From the NCBI GenBank assembly GCA_041653075.1, contig JBAZFZ010000004.1:2699-66698 (forward strand): a stretch of 64,000 nucleotides of DNA. Reading direction: 5' to 3'. A program made the translations under genes and the position numbers. This document shows, in pieces, positions 56,006-64,000 of the stretch (positions are counted from its first letter, which is position 1; each line of letters begins with the position of its first letter). The DNA is from Methanoregula sp. (lineage in GTDB: Archaea > Halobacteriota > Methanomicrobia > Methanomicrobiales > Methanospirillaceae). The notes beneath the pieces were generated by a model. It did not search any database, was not told the origin of the DNA, and saw only the letters and a program-made list of their open reading frames with translations.

Positions 56006-56698
56006 ATGGAGTCTGTATCTGTCGTTCTGGTTAACAGATGGTATGAAACTATCATGACCTATGTTCCCAGTATCCTGGGCGCCCTGGTAGTTCTTATCAT
56101 CGGCTGGATTGTCGGCCGCCTGCTTGGTAAGGCTGTCCGGATTATCCTTGACAAGATTAGTGAACAGCATGTCGTTGAGAAAGTTGCCGTTGAGGGATCG
56201 TTATCAGGCTCGGTCAAACAGGCGGGTATCACGGTCGGATATATCGGAGATCTCGCAGTCCGGATCTTCGTGTACCTGATTGCAATCCTTGCTGCTGTGG
56301 ATATCCTCAACATGGAATACATGAGCAACCTCATGACCGTGATTGTGGAGTACATCCCTCACGTTGTCGCCTTTGTCATCCTCCTTGTCGTCGGTTTCCT
56401 GCTGGCGGACTACTTTATCGATTTCCTGAACAGCTATTATGCAAAACAGGAGATCCAGTTCATCACGCCGGTCCTTGTACTGCTCCGGATCTTTTTGTAT
56501 TTCGTGATCGCGGTTCTTGCCCTGTCGCAGCTGATGCTTGACCTCACGATCATCTACACGTTTGTCACCCCGATTGCCTGGGGAGTCGGGATCGGCCTTG
56601 GCGCAGCAATTGCGATCTTTGTTGGCTTTGGTCTCCGGAACCGGAGCGAAGCAATCATGGACAAGGTCATCGATTCGTTCAACAAGAAGCAGCAGTAA
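56006..56698 (+). CDS. Conserved TM-helix repeat membrane protein, copy 2 (tandem paralogue)
   Basis: Same length (230 aa) and highly similar to 55082-55774. Confidence 0.85.
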   Translation: MESVSVVLVNRWYETIMTYVPSILGALVVLIIGWIVGRLLGKAVRIILDKISEQHVVEKVAVEGSLSGSVKQAGITVGYIGDLAVRIFVYLIAILAAVDILNMEYMSNLMTVIVEYIPHVVAFVILLVVGFLLADYFIDFLNSYYAKQEIQFITPVLVLLRIFLYFVIAVLALSQLMLDLTIIYTFVTPIAWGVGIGLGAAIAIFVGFGLRNRSEAIMDKVIDSFNKKQQ

Positions 56699-57061
56699 AT
56701 AAATATCCTTTTTTTGATTTGTTTTAAGGATTCTCCGGCCTGTATATGGTAATTGCCGGTCGGCAACCGGATTAAAAAAAGAGTAATGCGTTATTCAAAG
56801 ATTCTCCGGCAGGTCACGATTCCGGGAACGATCATGGCCGATGAAAAGATGAGGGGGTAATGCCGCCCGGTCCCGGATCATGTCAGTCGTGTTTGCATCT
56901 CTCCGGGAAGTGTGAAAATTTGTTTGTTGAATGGTTAATTAAGTGAACTATTCAATATGTGAACCAGATTGTGGTCCGACAGTCTTTTTTTAAAATACGA
57001 ACTTTCCCACGCAGGGACTGAACCCTGGAAAAAAAGCCCGGTTTGGGAAACCATCTGGTCT

Positions 57062-57694
57062 TTACAGAATATCTTTTGTCACGAACAAGGAGACAATCAG
57101 GGCTATTCCAAAGACCGCGATGACAAGACCGGCAATCCGGTTGATAAGGTGCAGGCGTTCCCTTGTAAGGTAAGCCCGCACGGACCCGACAGACCCGCAC
57201 AAAAGCACCCACCAGATAATTTCGCCGATAAAGACTCCCGCAACAAACGCCGCCGGGACTATCCACGAATCTCCTTTAATGACAACCCCAAAGCCGGGGA
57301 TGATGATGGTAAAGAAGAGGATGGTCAAGGGGTTTGCAAGTGTTAAGGCAAGCATGGTGGAATACCCGGCAAGGTAGGAGGCAGGTTCAGGCTGGTCCTC
57401 GATTGACGGCGGGGCGGAAATAAAGATCCGGATACCGACCGCCATCAGCGCAAGGCCGCCAAAGAGCCGGAAAAACCACTGGCGGGCAAGCAGGAAGTCC
57501 GAGATCAGGGCAAGGCCGAATGCTGCTACCGCAGCATAGAACGCATCTGCGGTGGCAATCCCCAGGCCGGAGACAATTCCATGGAGACGGCCCTGCGAGA
57601 AGGTCCGGTGGAGGCACATGAGCGCAATCGGCCCGACCGGGGCTGCAAGGGCAATCCCGATGATAATCCCGTGAACAAAAAGACCGGTTTCCAC
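57062..57694 (-). CDS. LysE/RhtB family exporter
   Basis: AAPVGPI, GLGIATADAFY, LTLANPLTI. Confidence 0.9.
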   Translation of the reverse strand: METGLFVHGIIIGIALAAPVGPIALMCLHRTFSQGRLHGIVSGLGIATADAFYAAVAAFGLALISDFLLARQWFFRLFGGLALMAVGIRIFISAPPSIEDQPEPASYLAGYSTMLALTLANPLTILFFTIIIPGFGVVIKGDSWIVPAAFVAGVFIGEIIWWVLLCGSVGSVRAYLTRERLHLINRIAGLVIAVFGIALIVSLFVTKDIL

Positions 57695-57778
57695 GCCTGC
57701 TGCACCTGTATGGTATGTCGTGTTATGGTTTTTTTCCCTGGCGCTTTCGATCCGGGGAAGCGCCCGGCACCGAAGGGT

Positions 57779-57994
57779 CTAATCCATGAGGAGGAAACGC
57801 CATGCAAGCCCGACAATACAGACTGCCGAGCAGGCAAGGACAAGCGCGATGTTTGCAGCTTTTGCTTTTCGCGTCATGTCCGACCATAACGGGCGTTGCA
57901 GGTGAGCGGCATAGCCGATCACAAGACCGATCGCGGTGCCTGCCATAAGCCCGATGACGACGACCATTCCTACGGACAGAAAATCGGTAATCAT
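57779..57994 (-). CDS. Small two-TM membrane protein
   Basis: Two hydrophobic helices separated by QRPLWSDMTRK. Confidence 0.65.
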   Translation of the reverse strand: MITDFLSVGMVVVIGLMAGTAIGLVIGYAAHLQRPLWSDMTRKAKAANIALVLACSAVCIVGLAWRFLLMD

Positions 57995-58198
57995 GCTTGA
58001 ATCTGTATCGTTGGTTTGCTGTGCAGGGATATAAATCACCGCAGGCAGTCCCCCGGTTATTGTTTTTGGCAGTGAGAAAATCCGGATTTTTGTAAAAAAA
58101 CCGGATTTTCGGGCCGGTGTGAGGATTTATGGTGATTCAGGCTCAATGTACCCCACATGTGTTCCCGGGCATGTGTCCCGGGAAAAGGAGTGCTTGTT

Positions 58199-59266
58199 AT
58201 GATCTCTCTGCGGTTTTACCGCATCTATGATATCGGTCGGGAGATCGATATCGACTGGCTGGAAAAAGCTCTGGCCCAGAATTATTTTACGGTCCGTACC
58301 AGTTTTGTCCGGGTCCAACCCAAATCAATCATGCTTGAGTCCCCTCCGCTTCTCATCCGGATGCTGCCGATAGTGGTGGAACGGGATGGACGGTCGTTTG
58401 AATTTTCCGCAGTTGCCCGTGTCTATGATATCGGGGTTATCAGCCTCTGTTTCATCCACGAGAACCCGACTGCCGATTATCGCGAGCTTGAAGAGATCGC
58501 TCTCCGGTTTGCCGGCCAGGAAGGGCTTTCTGATTTCTTCCTCCAGTATCTCAATACGCTCGTGGAGATCATTAAGCCGCATATCAAGAATTTTGCCGTT
58601 GATCCTGAATTTTATGAGGATTATACGATCTATGTAGCCGACCGCCGCGACGATTCGATTAACCCGGTGCCGCTCCTTGTCGGTGACAGGTCCGCAGTCT
58701 CCCCGCAGATCCACGAGGATATCGTCAAAAATTCTCTGAGCTATACCAATGATGACCTCGCGGTGATCTCCTGGGATTCGGCGCTGTTATGCAGTCCCGA
58801 GAGCCCGACCGATCTTATCGATCTCATCGAGTTTGCCAACGTGCAGGTGCTTGAGCTGCGGTACTACGACCGTGAGCTCACCCGGGAGATGGCCCGGATG
58901 TATGACGATATCGAACATGCTGATCAGCTGTCGTGGTTTTCCCGGAGCCGCCGGTACCACGAGATCATGAACCACCAGATGAAGATCTCGGCGGAGATCT
59001 CGGAGACGATCGAGAAGGTCGATAACCTGATCAAGGTGACCGAGGATATCTACTACGCCCGGGTGTATGCGACCGCGTTGAAGATCTTAAGAAGCGGGCA
59101 GTGGAGTGAGAGCGTGAGCCGGAAGATCGACGTAATCCGGGAGAACTACTCGATGCTGTCCGATGAGGTCCGGATCCAGCACTCGAACTTCCTTGAATGG
59201 GTGGTTATCCTCCTCATCGCGTTTGAAATCCTTGTCATGATCTGGGAGCGGGCTATTGGCGGATAA
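58199..59266 (+). CDS. DUF155/RMD1-like protein with C-terminal TM helix
   Basis: AAGGAG RBS; LELRYYD, DIYYARVY, LEWVVILLIAFEI. Confidence 0.78.
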   Translation: MISLRFYRIYDIGREIDIDWLEKALAQNYFTVRTSFVRVQPKSIMLESPPLLIRMLPIVVERDGRSFEFSAVARVYDIGVISLCFIHENPTADYRELEEIALRFAGQEGLSDFFLQYLNTLVEIIKPHIKNFAVDPEFYEDYTIYVADRRDDSINPVPLLVGDRSAVSPQIHEDIVKNSLSYTNDDLAVISWDSALLCSPESPTDLIDLIEFANVQVLELRYYDRELTREMARMYDDIEHADQLSWFSRSRRYHEIMNHQMKISAEISETIEKVDNLIKVTEDIYYARVYATALKILRSGQWSESVSRKIDVIRENYSMLSDEVRIQHSNFLEWVVILLIAFEILVMIWERAIGG

Positions 59267-59505
59267 CTGGCCTGATTTCCCATGAAAATCAAATTGATCT
59301 TATTAACCTGGCATTGAAAACGGAGTCTTCAGTTTTTGATTTTCATGATTCCGGTGTGAACCGGATCGGTTCATGTCCGTTTCTACATTAATTCCCGTGG
59401 ATGGCCGGGGAAAACGCCCCTGCTGGTTTCATGGGCCCTCTTTTTGGATGATTTTTTGTGATGGAGGATCCTCTCGGCAGCGTAATCCCGCCCCCTCCAG
59501 ACACA

Positions 59506-59950
59506 AAAGGGGTGGGTGGGGGATATCCCCCCTGTCCCCTCTCACCCGGCCTGCACAGAAAAAACAGGTGTTTCTCCGGGAACTTCTGTTGTAACCCCCG
59601 GGGAACTCTCTTTTGGGTTACAGTGGGGAGGGGGTCACCCCCCTTTTGAGCTGGCACATGGGGGGGAGGTATCCCCCCTCCGGGAAAAACATGGACGGGG
59701 GGGTAGGGGGGGTACCCCCTCCCCCCCTTATGCCGGACCGTGGCCTCGTTTCCTCACGGTCACGAGGTAAGTTTCGCATAAAACTCCGACGGGAAATGCC
59801 GTTGGTTGTACATTCCTTTGAGAAAACGGGGTCCCTCGTTTGGGCAGTAGAGGAGAGGGGGTCACCCCCCTTTTGGCCCGGCACATGGGGGGAGGTATCC
59901 CCCCTCCGGGAAAAAAGTGGATGGGGGGGTAGGGGGAGTACCCCCTCCCC
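59506..59950. repeat. G/C-run palindromic repeat locus B: half unit at ~59506-59545 plus two ~100-bp units (59625-59724, 59852-59950)
   Basis: The unit at 59625 has perfect 11-bp terminal inverted repeats GGGGAGGGGGT/ACCCCCTCCCC and the core GGCACATGGG; homologous to locus A. Confidence 0.85.
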
Positions 59951-60028
59951 CCTCAGACCCCGACCCAATCCTGCTTGCCTTGAGTCCCTGCCGTCACCTT
60001 CATGTCCCGGGGCGGTAAGGGTACACCC

Positions 60029-60514
60029 ATGGAAATCCCCCGGCCCCGGACCCTCATTATGTTCTTTGTTTTTATCGCAATTCCCCTGCTTGCAGGAATA
60101 GCTGGTGCAGGTGTCACTGCCGCAAACATTCACGGCTGGTATGACGGGCTTGCCAGGCTCCCGGTCACGCCGCCCGGGTGGGTTTTTGCCCCTGCCTGGA
60201 CCCTCCTCTATATCCTCATGGGAATCTCGCTTTTCTTCTTTGTCCGCGAGGGATCTGACAGGCATCTCTGCGTGCAGGGAGTATGCCTGTTCGTGCTCCA
60301 GCTTATCCTCAATGTCCTCTGGTCGTTTCTCTTCTTTGGCCTCCACAATCCGGTGGTGGCGCTTGCAGAACTCCTCGTCCTGATTGCGGTCATCGCAGCG
60401 ACCGCATGGACATTCCACAGGAGTTCCCCCACTGCTGCATGGCTGCTTGCCCCGTACCTTGCCTGGTGCTGCTTTGCTGCCTGTCTTAACGCAGGAATTG
60501 TGGTGCTGAACTAA
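60029..60514 (+). CDS. tspO: TspO/MBR family protein
   Basis: WY..L...TPPGWVFAPAWTLLY, LNVLWSFLFFG, PYLAW..FA..LN. Confidence 0.93.
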   Translation: MEIPRPRTLIMFFVFIAIPLLAGIAGAGVTAANIHGWYDGLARLPVTPPGWVFAPAWTLLYILMGISLFFFVREGSDRHLCVQGVCLFVLQLILNVLWSFLFFGLHNPVVALAELLVLIAVIAATAWTFHRSSPTAAWLLAPYLAWCCFAACLNAGIVVLN

Positions 60515-60606
60515 CAAGGAAAACCAAAGGAAAAAAGCCGCAGGCTGGTTGTTACCCTGCGGTACCTGTACCCGCCAGTTTCAGGAAGAAAAAAGAATAT
60601 GTGGGA

Positions 60607-60771
60607 CTATTTGGTTTGTTGGGGCTGTACCGCTTTTTTGCTGCGGAGCCGGCCGTTTGCATCGATGCAGTACATGGACAAGAGCGTATCATCGCTGATT
60701 CCCCGCTCCCGGATCCCGATCCGGGGCAGCTGGTCGCGGATCATTCGGATTTTTTGTTCGTTTGTCTGCAT
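60607..60771 (-). CDS. Small basic hypothetical protein (54 aa)
   Basis: ATG shortly downstream of a TTTAAA box; MQTNEQKIRMIRDQLPRIGIRERGISDDTLL; T-tracts downstream. Confidence 0.55.
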   Translation of the reverse strand: MQTNEQKIRMIRDQLPRIGIRERGISDDTLLSMYCIDANGRLRSKKAVQPQQTK

Positions 60772-60872
60772 AATAAGAGTATATTTGTTTTTAAACCCCT
60801 TCAAAACAATGGAACGCGGAGACACTACTCCGGGAAGGGATGCGACACCGGTGGGAAAAAAGCAGAATAAAG

Positions 60873-61229
60873 TCAGAGATAACGGTTCTTCCTGAGCCAG
60901 TCGACCTGCGGTGGAAGGTACCGGTACACGATATCGCACTTGTCGTCCTGGAAGGCCCACGGGATGATAATAAGCGTGTCGCCTTCACGGATCCAGACAC
61001 GTTTTTTGATCTTGCCCTTGATCCGGCCCATCCGGGTGACCCCGTCGAAACACCGGACCCGGATATGGTTTGCCCCCATCATCAGATCGGCAGATCCGAA
61101 CATCTCGTTGTTCCACTTTTTCGGGAGCCGGACACGGATTACGGGTGTACCGTCCGCGTTGACCTCCCCGGGCGATCCAAATACCTCGTCTCCTGACGAT
61201 TTCCCTTTTTTATGGTTATTCTCGGTGAT
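60873..61229 (-). CDS. eif1a: Archaeal translation initiation factor aIF1A (start placed at a putative ATC)
   Basis: IRVRLP...RCFDGVTRMGRIKGKIKKRVWIREGD...PW. The conserved RVRLP motif lies upstream of the first ATG (61103). Confidence 0.92.
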   Translation of the reverse strand: MTENNHKKGKSSGDEVFGSPGEVNADGTPVIRVRLPKKWNNEMFGSADLMMGANHIRVRCFDGVTRMGRIKGKIKKRVWIREGDTLIIIPWAFQDDKCDIVYRYLPPQVDWLRKNRYL

Positions 61230-61377
61230 CGAAACAACTCCGTTTATTTAAATGATGTCGGGGAAGATTAACATATCCATGCAGATCGGTTTTGCGATCG
61301 AATCCCCGGCGCTGGGCACACGGAAAATCCCCCGAAAAAAATACATTATTTTGCCTGGCCGTTGAATAGAATGGCGT

Positions 61378-62142
61378 ATGTCTGAACTGTCCGCTCCATC
61401 TGCGCCCAGGGTACATAAGGATCTCCTTTGGGGGGGGATATCCGGTCTTTTCGGTGCGTTTGCCGGAATTGCGGTTGCCCTCGCGCTTGCACTTCTGATC
61501 TTCCCGTCCCCGGAATACCTTGCCATGAGTTACTATCTCCAGCTTGTCACGGCATTTGCCGGTGCCGGTGCCATCTGTCTTTTGTATTTCCGGTACGGGC
61601 GTAATACCGGCATGCTGTACGGGGCCGGGGCGTTTGCCCTCTGGGGGCTTTCCAATGTTGCCTGGTACTTCACGGGTCTTGACGGTGGCAAGGCATGGGT
61701 TTTCCCGAGTCTCATAGATATGGGCATTGTTGCGTCGATAATTATCCTCACCTCTGCATACGGGCGGCTTTATCCCCGGATGCCGTTTTCCGGGCAGGTC
61801 ATTCTTGGCATCCTTGTGTTCTCGCTTGTCGTCCCGCTTGCCATTATCTTTTCCACCGGTGCTTCGGGGCCGGCGCTTATGACTCTCTTGTATTTCTTTG
61901 CCTGCGGTACGCTTGTGATAACTGCGCTCAACCACGGGGTTATCCGGCGCCCGGCAGCCCTTGTCGGGACGCTTCTTTTTGCCATTGCATTCATGGCATA
62001 CCCTGTCCGTGAGATGTTCTTTTCTGCAAATCAGTACCTTACGATTCTCGGGCTTTTTGTTGCTGCCGGGTTTTCGCTTATTGTCATCGGCTTCCTGCCG
62101 GGTAATCCTGCAGTTAGTGAACCTGCGGAAAAGACGGCATAA
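61378..62142 (+). CDS. Polytopic membrane protein of unknown function
   Basis: About eight hydrophobic helices; FPSLID motif. Confidence 0.75.
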   Translation: MSELSAPSAPRVHKDLLWGGISGLFGAFAGIAVALALALLIFPSPEYLAMSYYLQLVTAFAGAGAICLLYFRYGRNTGMLYGAGAFALWGLSNVAWYFTGLDGGKAWVFPSLIDMGIVASIIILTSAYGRLYPRMPFSGQVILGILVFSLVVPLAIIFSTGASGPALMTLLYFFACGTLVITALNHGVIRRPAALVGTLLFAIAFMAYPVREMFFSANQYLTILGLFVAAGFSLIVIGFLPGNPAVSEPAEKTA

Positions 62143-62258
62143 TTCCCCCCCTCTTATTTTCAGGCTGTGGTTTGGGAAACTGCGTGGGGATATCGTATGG
62201 ATATCCTATAACCGGGATGGGGGAGGGAGTCCTGATTTTACCGGCAGTGTGCAACAGG

Positions 62259-63350
62259 TCAGAATCCGGCCAGGGTCTGTTGGCCGGCATCTTTTCTGCG
62301 GAACCCGGAAAGGCGCAGGCCAAGCCGCCGGATCTTTTTCCCGCACCAGAGTTCGCCAAGGAGGGTTTCTGCTGACGACCGGATCGCCGCCTCGTCGTTG
62401 TGGTAATGGAGCAGGGATTTTGCTTTCGATGCTGTCACAAATCCGTCATCCCGGATCCTGACACTCACCGTCCTGAAATACAACCCTTCATCGGCAAGTG
62501 ACAGGGCTACCTCACGGACGAGAGATTCAAGGGTGGCAGCAATCTCTTCGGGGTTGTCGGTGTCCTGCGGAAACGTCGTCTCTTTTGAGATGGATTTTAC
62601 ACCGTCGCGTTCGATCACCTCGCTCTCGTCATGGCCAAGTGCAGTTTCGCGGAGGAGACCGGCGGACCGGCCAAATGCCCCGATAATGCGCTGGATGTCG
62701 CAGGTGGCAAGGTCTCCGATGGTTGCAATCCCGAGTGCATCGAGGTGTGCCCCGGTCTTTCCCCCGATCCCGGGGATCTTCCGGACCGGCAGAGGGGCAA
62801 GAAATGCCGGGACATCCTTCGGTTCGAGTAAGGTCAGGCCGTCGGGTTTCTGGTAATCGGAGGCGATCTTTGCGACGATCTTTGACGGGGCGATGCCAAA
62901 CGAGCAGGTGATCCCGACCCGGTTGTGGATCTCCTGCTTTAACCGTGCGGCAAGGTCGCGTGCCGCAGAAAAACTCCCTGCCTGGCTGATATCGAGAAAC
63001 GCCTCGTCGATGCTGACCTGCTGGACCCGGTACCCGGTCGCCCGTAAGATCCCCATGATCTCCCCGGAGACCTCTGCATACCGGGCCATATCCGGCCTGA
63101 GATAGACCGCATCCGGGCAGAGCCGGTATGCCTGCGAGATGGGCATTGCGGACCGTACGCCAAACGCCCGGGCCTCGTACGAGCAGGTGGATACCACCCC
63201 ACGGCCGGTCCCTCCCCGGGGGTCGGCACCGACAATCACCGGTTTTCCCCGGGTTTCCGGTTTGTCATGCATCTCGACAGCCGCATAGAAACAGTCCATG
63301 TCGGCGTGCAGGATGATCCGTGGAGTCTGTGTTCCCGGTTGTTCGCTCAC
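62259..63350 (-). CDS. dinB: Y-family DNA polymerase IV
   Basis: HADMDCFYAAVE, SYEARAFGVRSAMP, SIDEAFLD, KPDG; C-terminal PIP-box-like QQTLAGF. Confidence 0.96.
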   Translation of the reverse strand: MSEQPGTQTPRIILHADMDCFYAAVEMHDKPETRGKPVIVGADPRGGTGRGVVSTCSYEARAFGVRSAMPISQAYRLCPDAVYLRPDMARYAEVSGEIMGILRATGYRVQQVSIDEAFLDISQAGSFSAARDLAARLKQEIHNRVGITCSFGIAPSKIVAKIASDYQKPDGLTLLEPKDVPAFLAPLPVRKIPGIGGKTGAHLDALGIATIGDLATCDIQRIIGAFGRSAGLLRETALGHDESEVIERDGVKSISKETTFPQDTDNPEEIAATLESLVREVALSLADEGLYFRTVSVRIRDDGFVTASKAKSLLHYHNDEAAIRSSAETLLGELWCGKKIRRLGLRLSGFRRKDAGQQTLAGF

Positions 63351-63397
63351 CGTATCCTCCTGTTCGTGTATATTTTTGCCGTCCCTCCCGGCTCCTG

Positions 63398-64000
63398 TCA
63401 GGATATGGCGGTTCCGGGAGCTTCAGGGGCCTTACCGGTCTCCTGCGGGCCGGCAAAATCGCTTAAGGTACACTGACGCTGCCGAAGGTTGTCCCTGAGC
63501 AGCGTTGTCCCGGTGATGAACCGCTGCACGGGCAGGGTGAAGCGTTCCGAGATGTGGCCGAGCGCCCCTTTGAGGTCCTCGAACTCCGTGGGTATCTCCC
63601 GCATCGCGCTCCTCACGTTCTCCCTCACGTTAAAGACCCCCATCGGGATATAGCCGGGCAGTGCCTCGCGGAGGATTATCGCCCCGGCCTGCCGCTGCTC
63701 CCGGGCAAGCTCTTCGAGCACCGCCATCTTGCAGGAGTAGTAGCAGCCGCCGAGCGGGGAGTACCCGGTCTTTCGTTTGAACCCTTCGTAATCGGAGAAG
63801 ACATACTCTTCGTTCCCGAGCACGTGCAGAAATGCCTCGGTCCACTCGTACTGCCACGCGGTTGGTAACAGGATCACCGCGTACCGGTTGTGCAGGCTCC
63901 CGTACTCATACAGGCGCACGGTATCGATAACCGGGCACTTTTTTACTCTGTCAAGCAGGTGGTTGCCGATCATCGTATCGCAGGCGGTTATCGACCACCG
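63398..64000 (-). CDS. nreA: Nre family DNA repair protein (3' part, starts beyond the window edge)
   Basis: [30 protein letters not shown]-box-like QCTLSDF. Confidence 0.85.
   Translation of the reverse strand, partial: RWSITACDTMIGNHLLDRVKKCPVIDTVRLYEYGSLHNRYAVILLPTAWQYEWTEAFLHVLGNEEYVFSDYEGFKRKTGYSPLGGCYYSCKMAVLEELAREQRQAGAIILREALPGYIPMGVFNVRENVRSAMREIPTEFEDLKGALGHISERFTLPVQRFITGTTLLRDNLRQRQCTLSDFAGPQETGKAPEAPGTAIS

Noticed and set aside
59625-59950. CRISPR array interpretation of the repeat-spacer-repeat layout
   Set aside because: Units are ~100 bp, spacers are 100-130 bp, there are only two units per locus and no cas genes are present.

Overview
Chromosomal window from a hydrogenotrophic methanogenic archaeon, most likely Methanomicrobiales (Methanoregula-like, judged from protein sequences and gene order). 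It holds a methanogenesis supercluster: the start of the mtr operon (mtrE, partial mtrD), mcrBDCGA followed by the McrA glutamine C-methyltransferase, fwdG-fwdF-hdrCBA-mvhD, and ftr. Directly after ftr is a nine-gene operon (33867-42472) in which every gene overlaps the next. It combines the four known early coenzyme B genes (aksA, aksD, aksE, aksF) with five uncharacterised genes: two methanogenesis-marker-11 paralogues carrying a TiaS-like kinase domain, a radical SAM enzyme with a second Cys triad, a truncated orphan IorA-like ThDP enzyme, and a Cys-rich protein. My main hypothesis is that these five encode the unassigned late steps of coenzyme B biosynthesis. Other notable signals are an aIF1A gene with no in-frame ATG/GTG/TTG upstream of its conserved N-terminal motif (probable ATC start), a ~100-bp G/C-run palindromic repeat in paired copies at two loci 53 kb apart, a thrice-repeated operator in the NifX/DUF134/ATPase cluster, and a 1.4-kb intergenic region with A-tracts spaced ~15-16 bp apart. 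No rRNA, tRNA, CRISPR array or transposase was recognised. Family assignments come from recognising motifs by eye; no database search was run.
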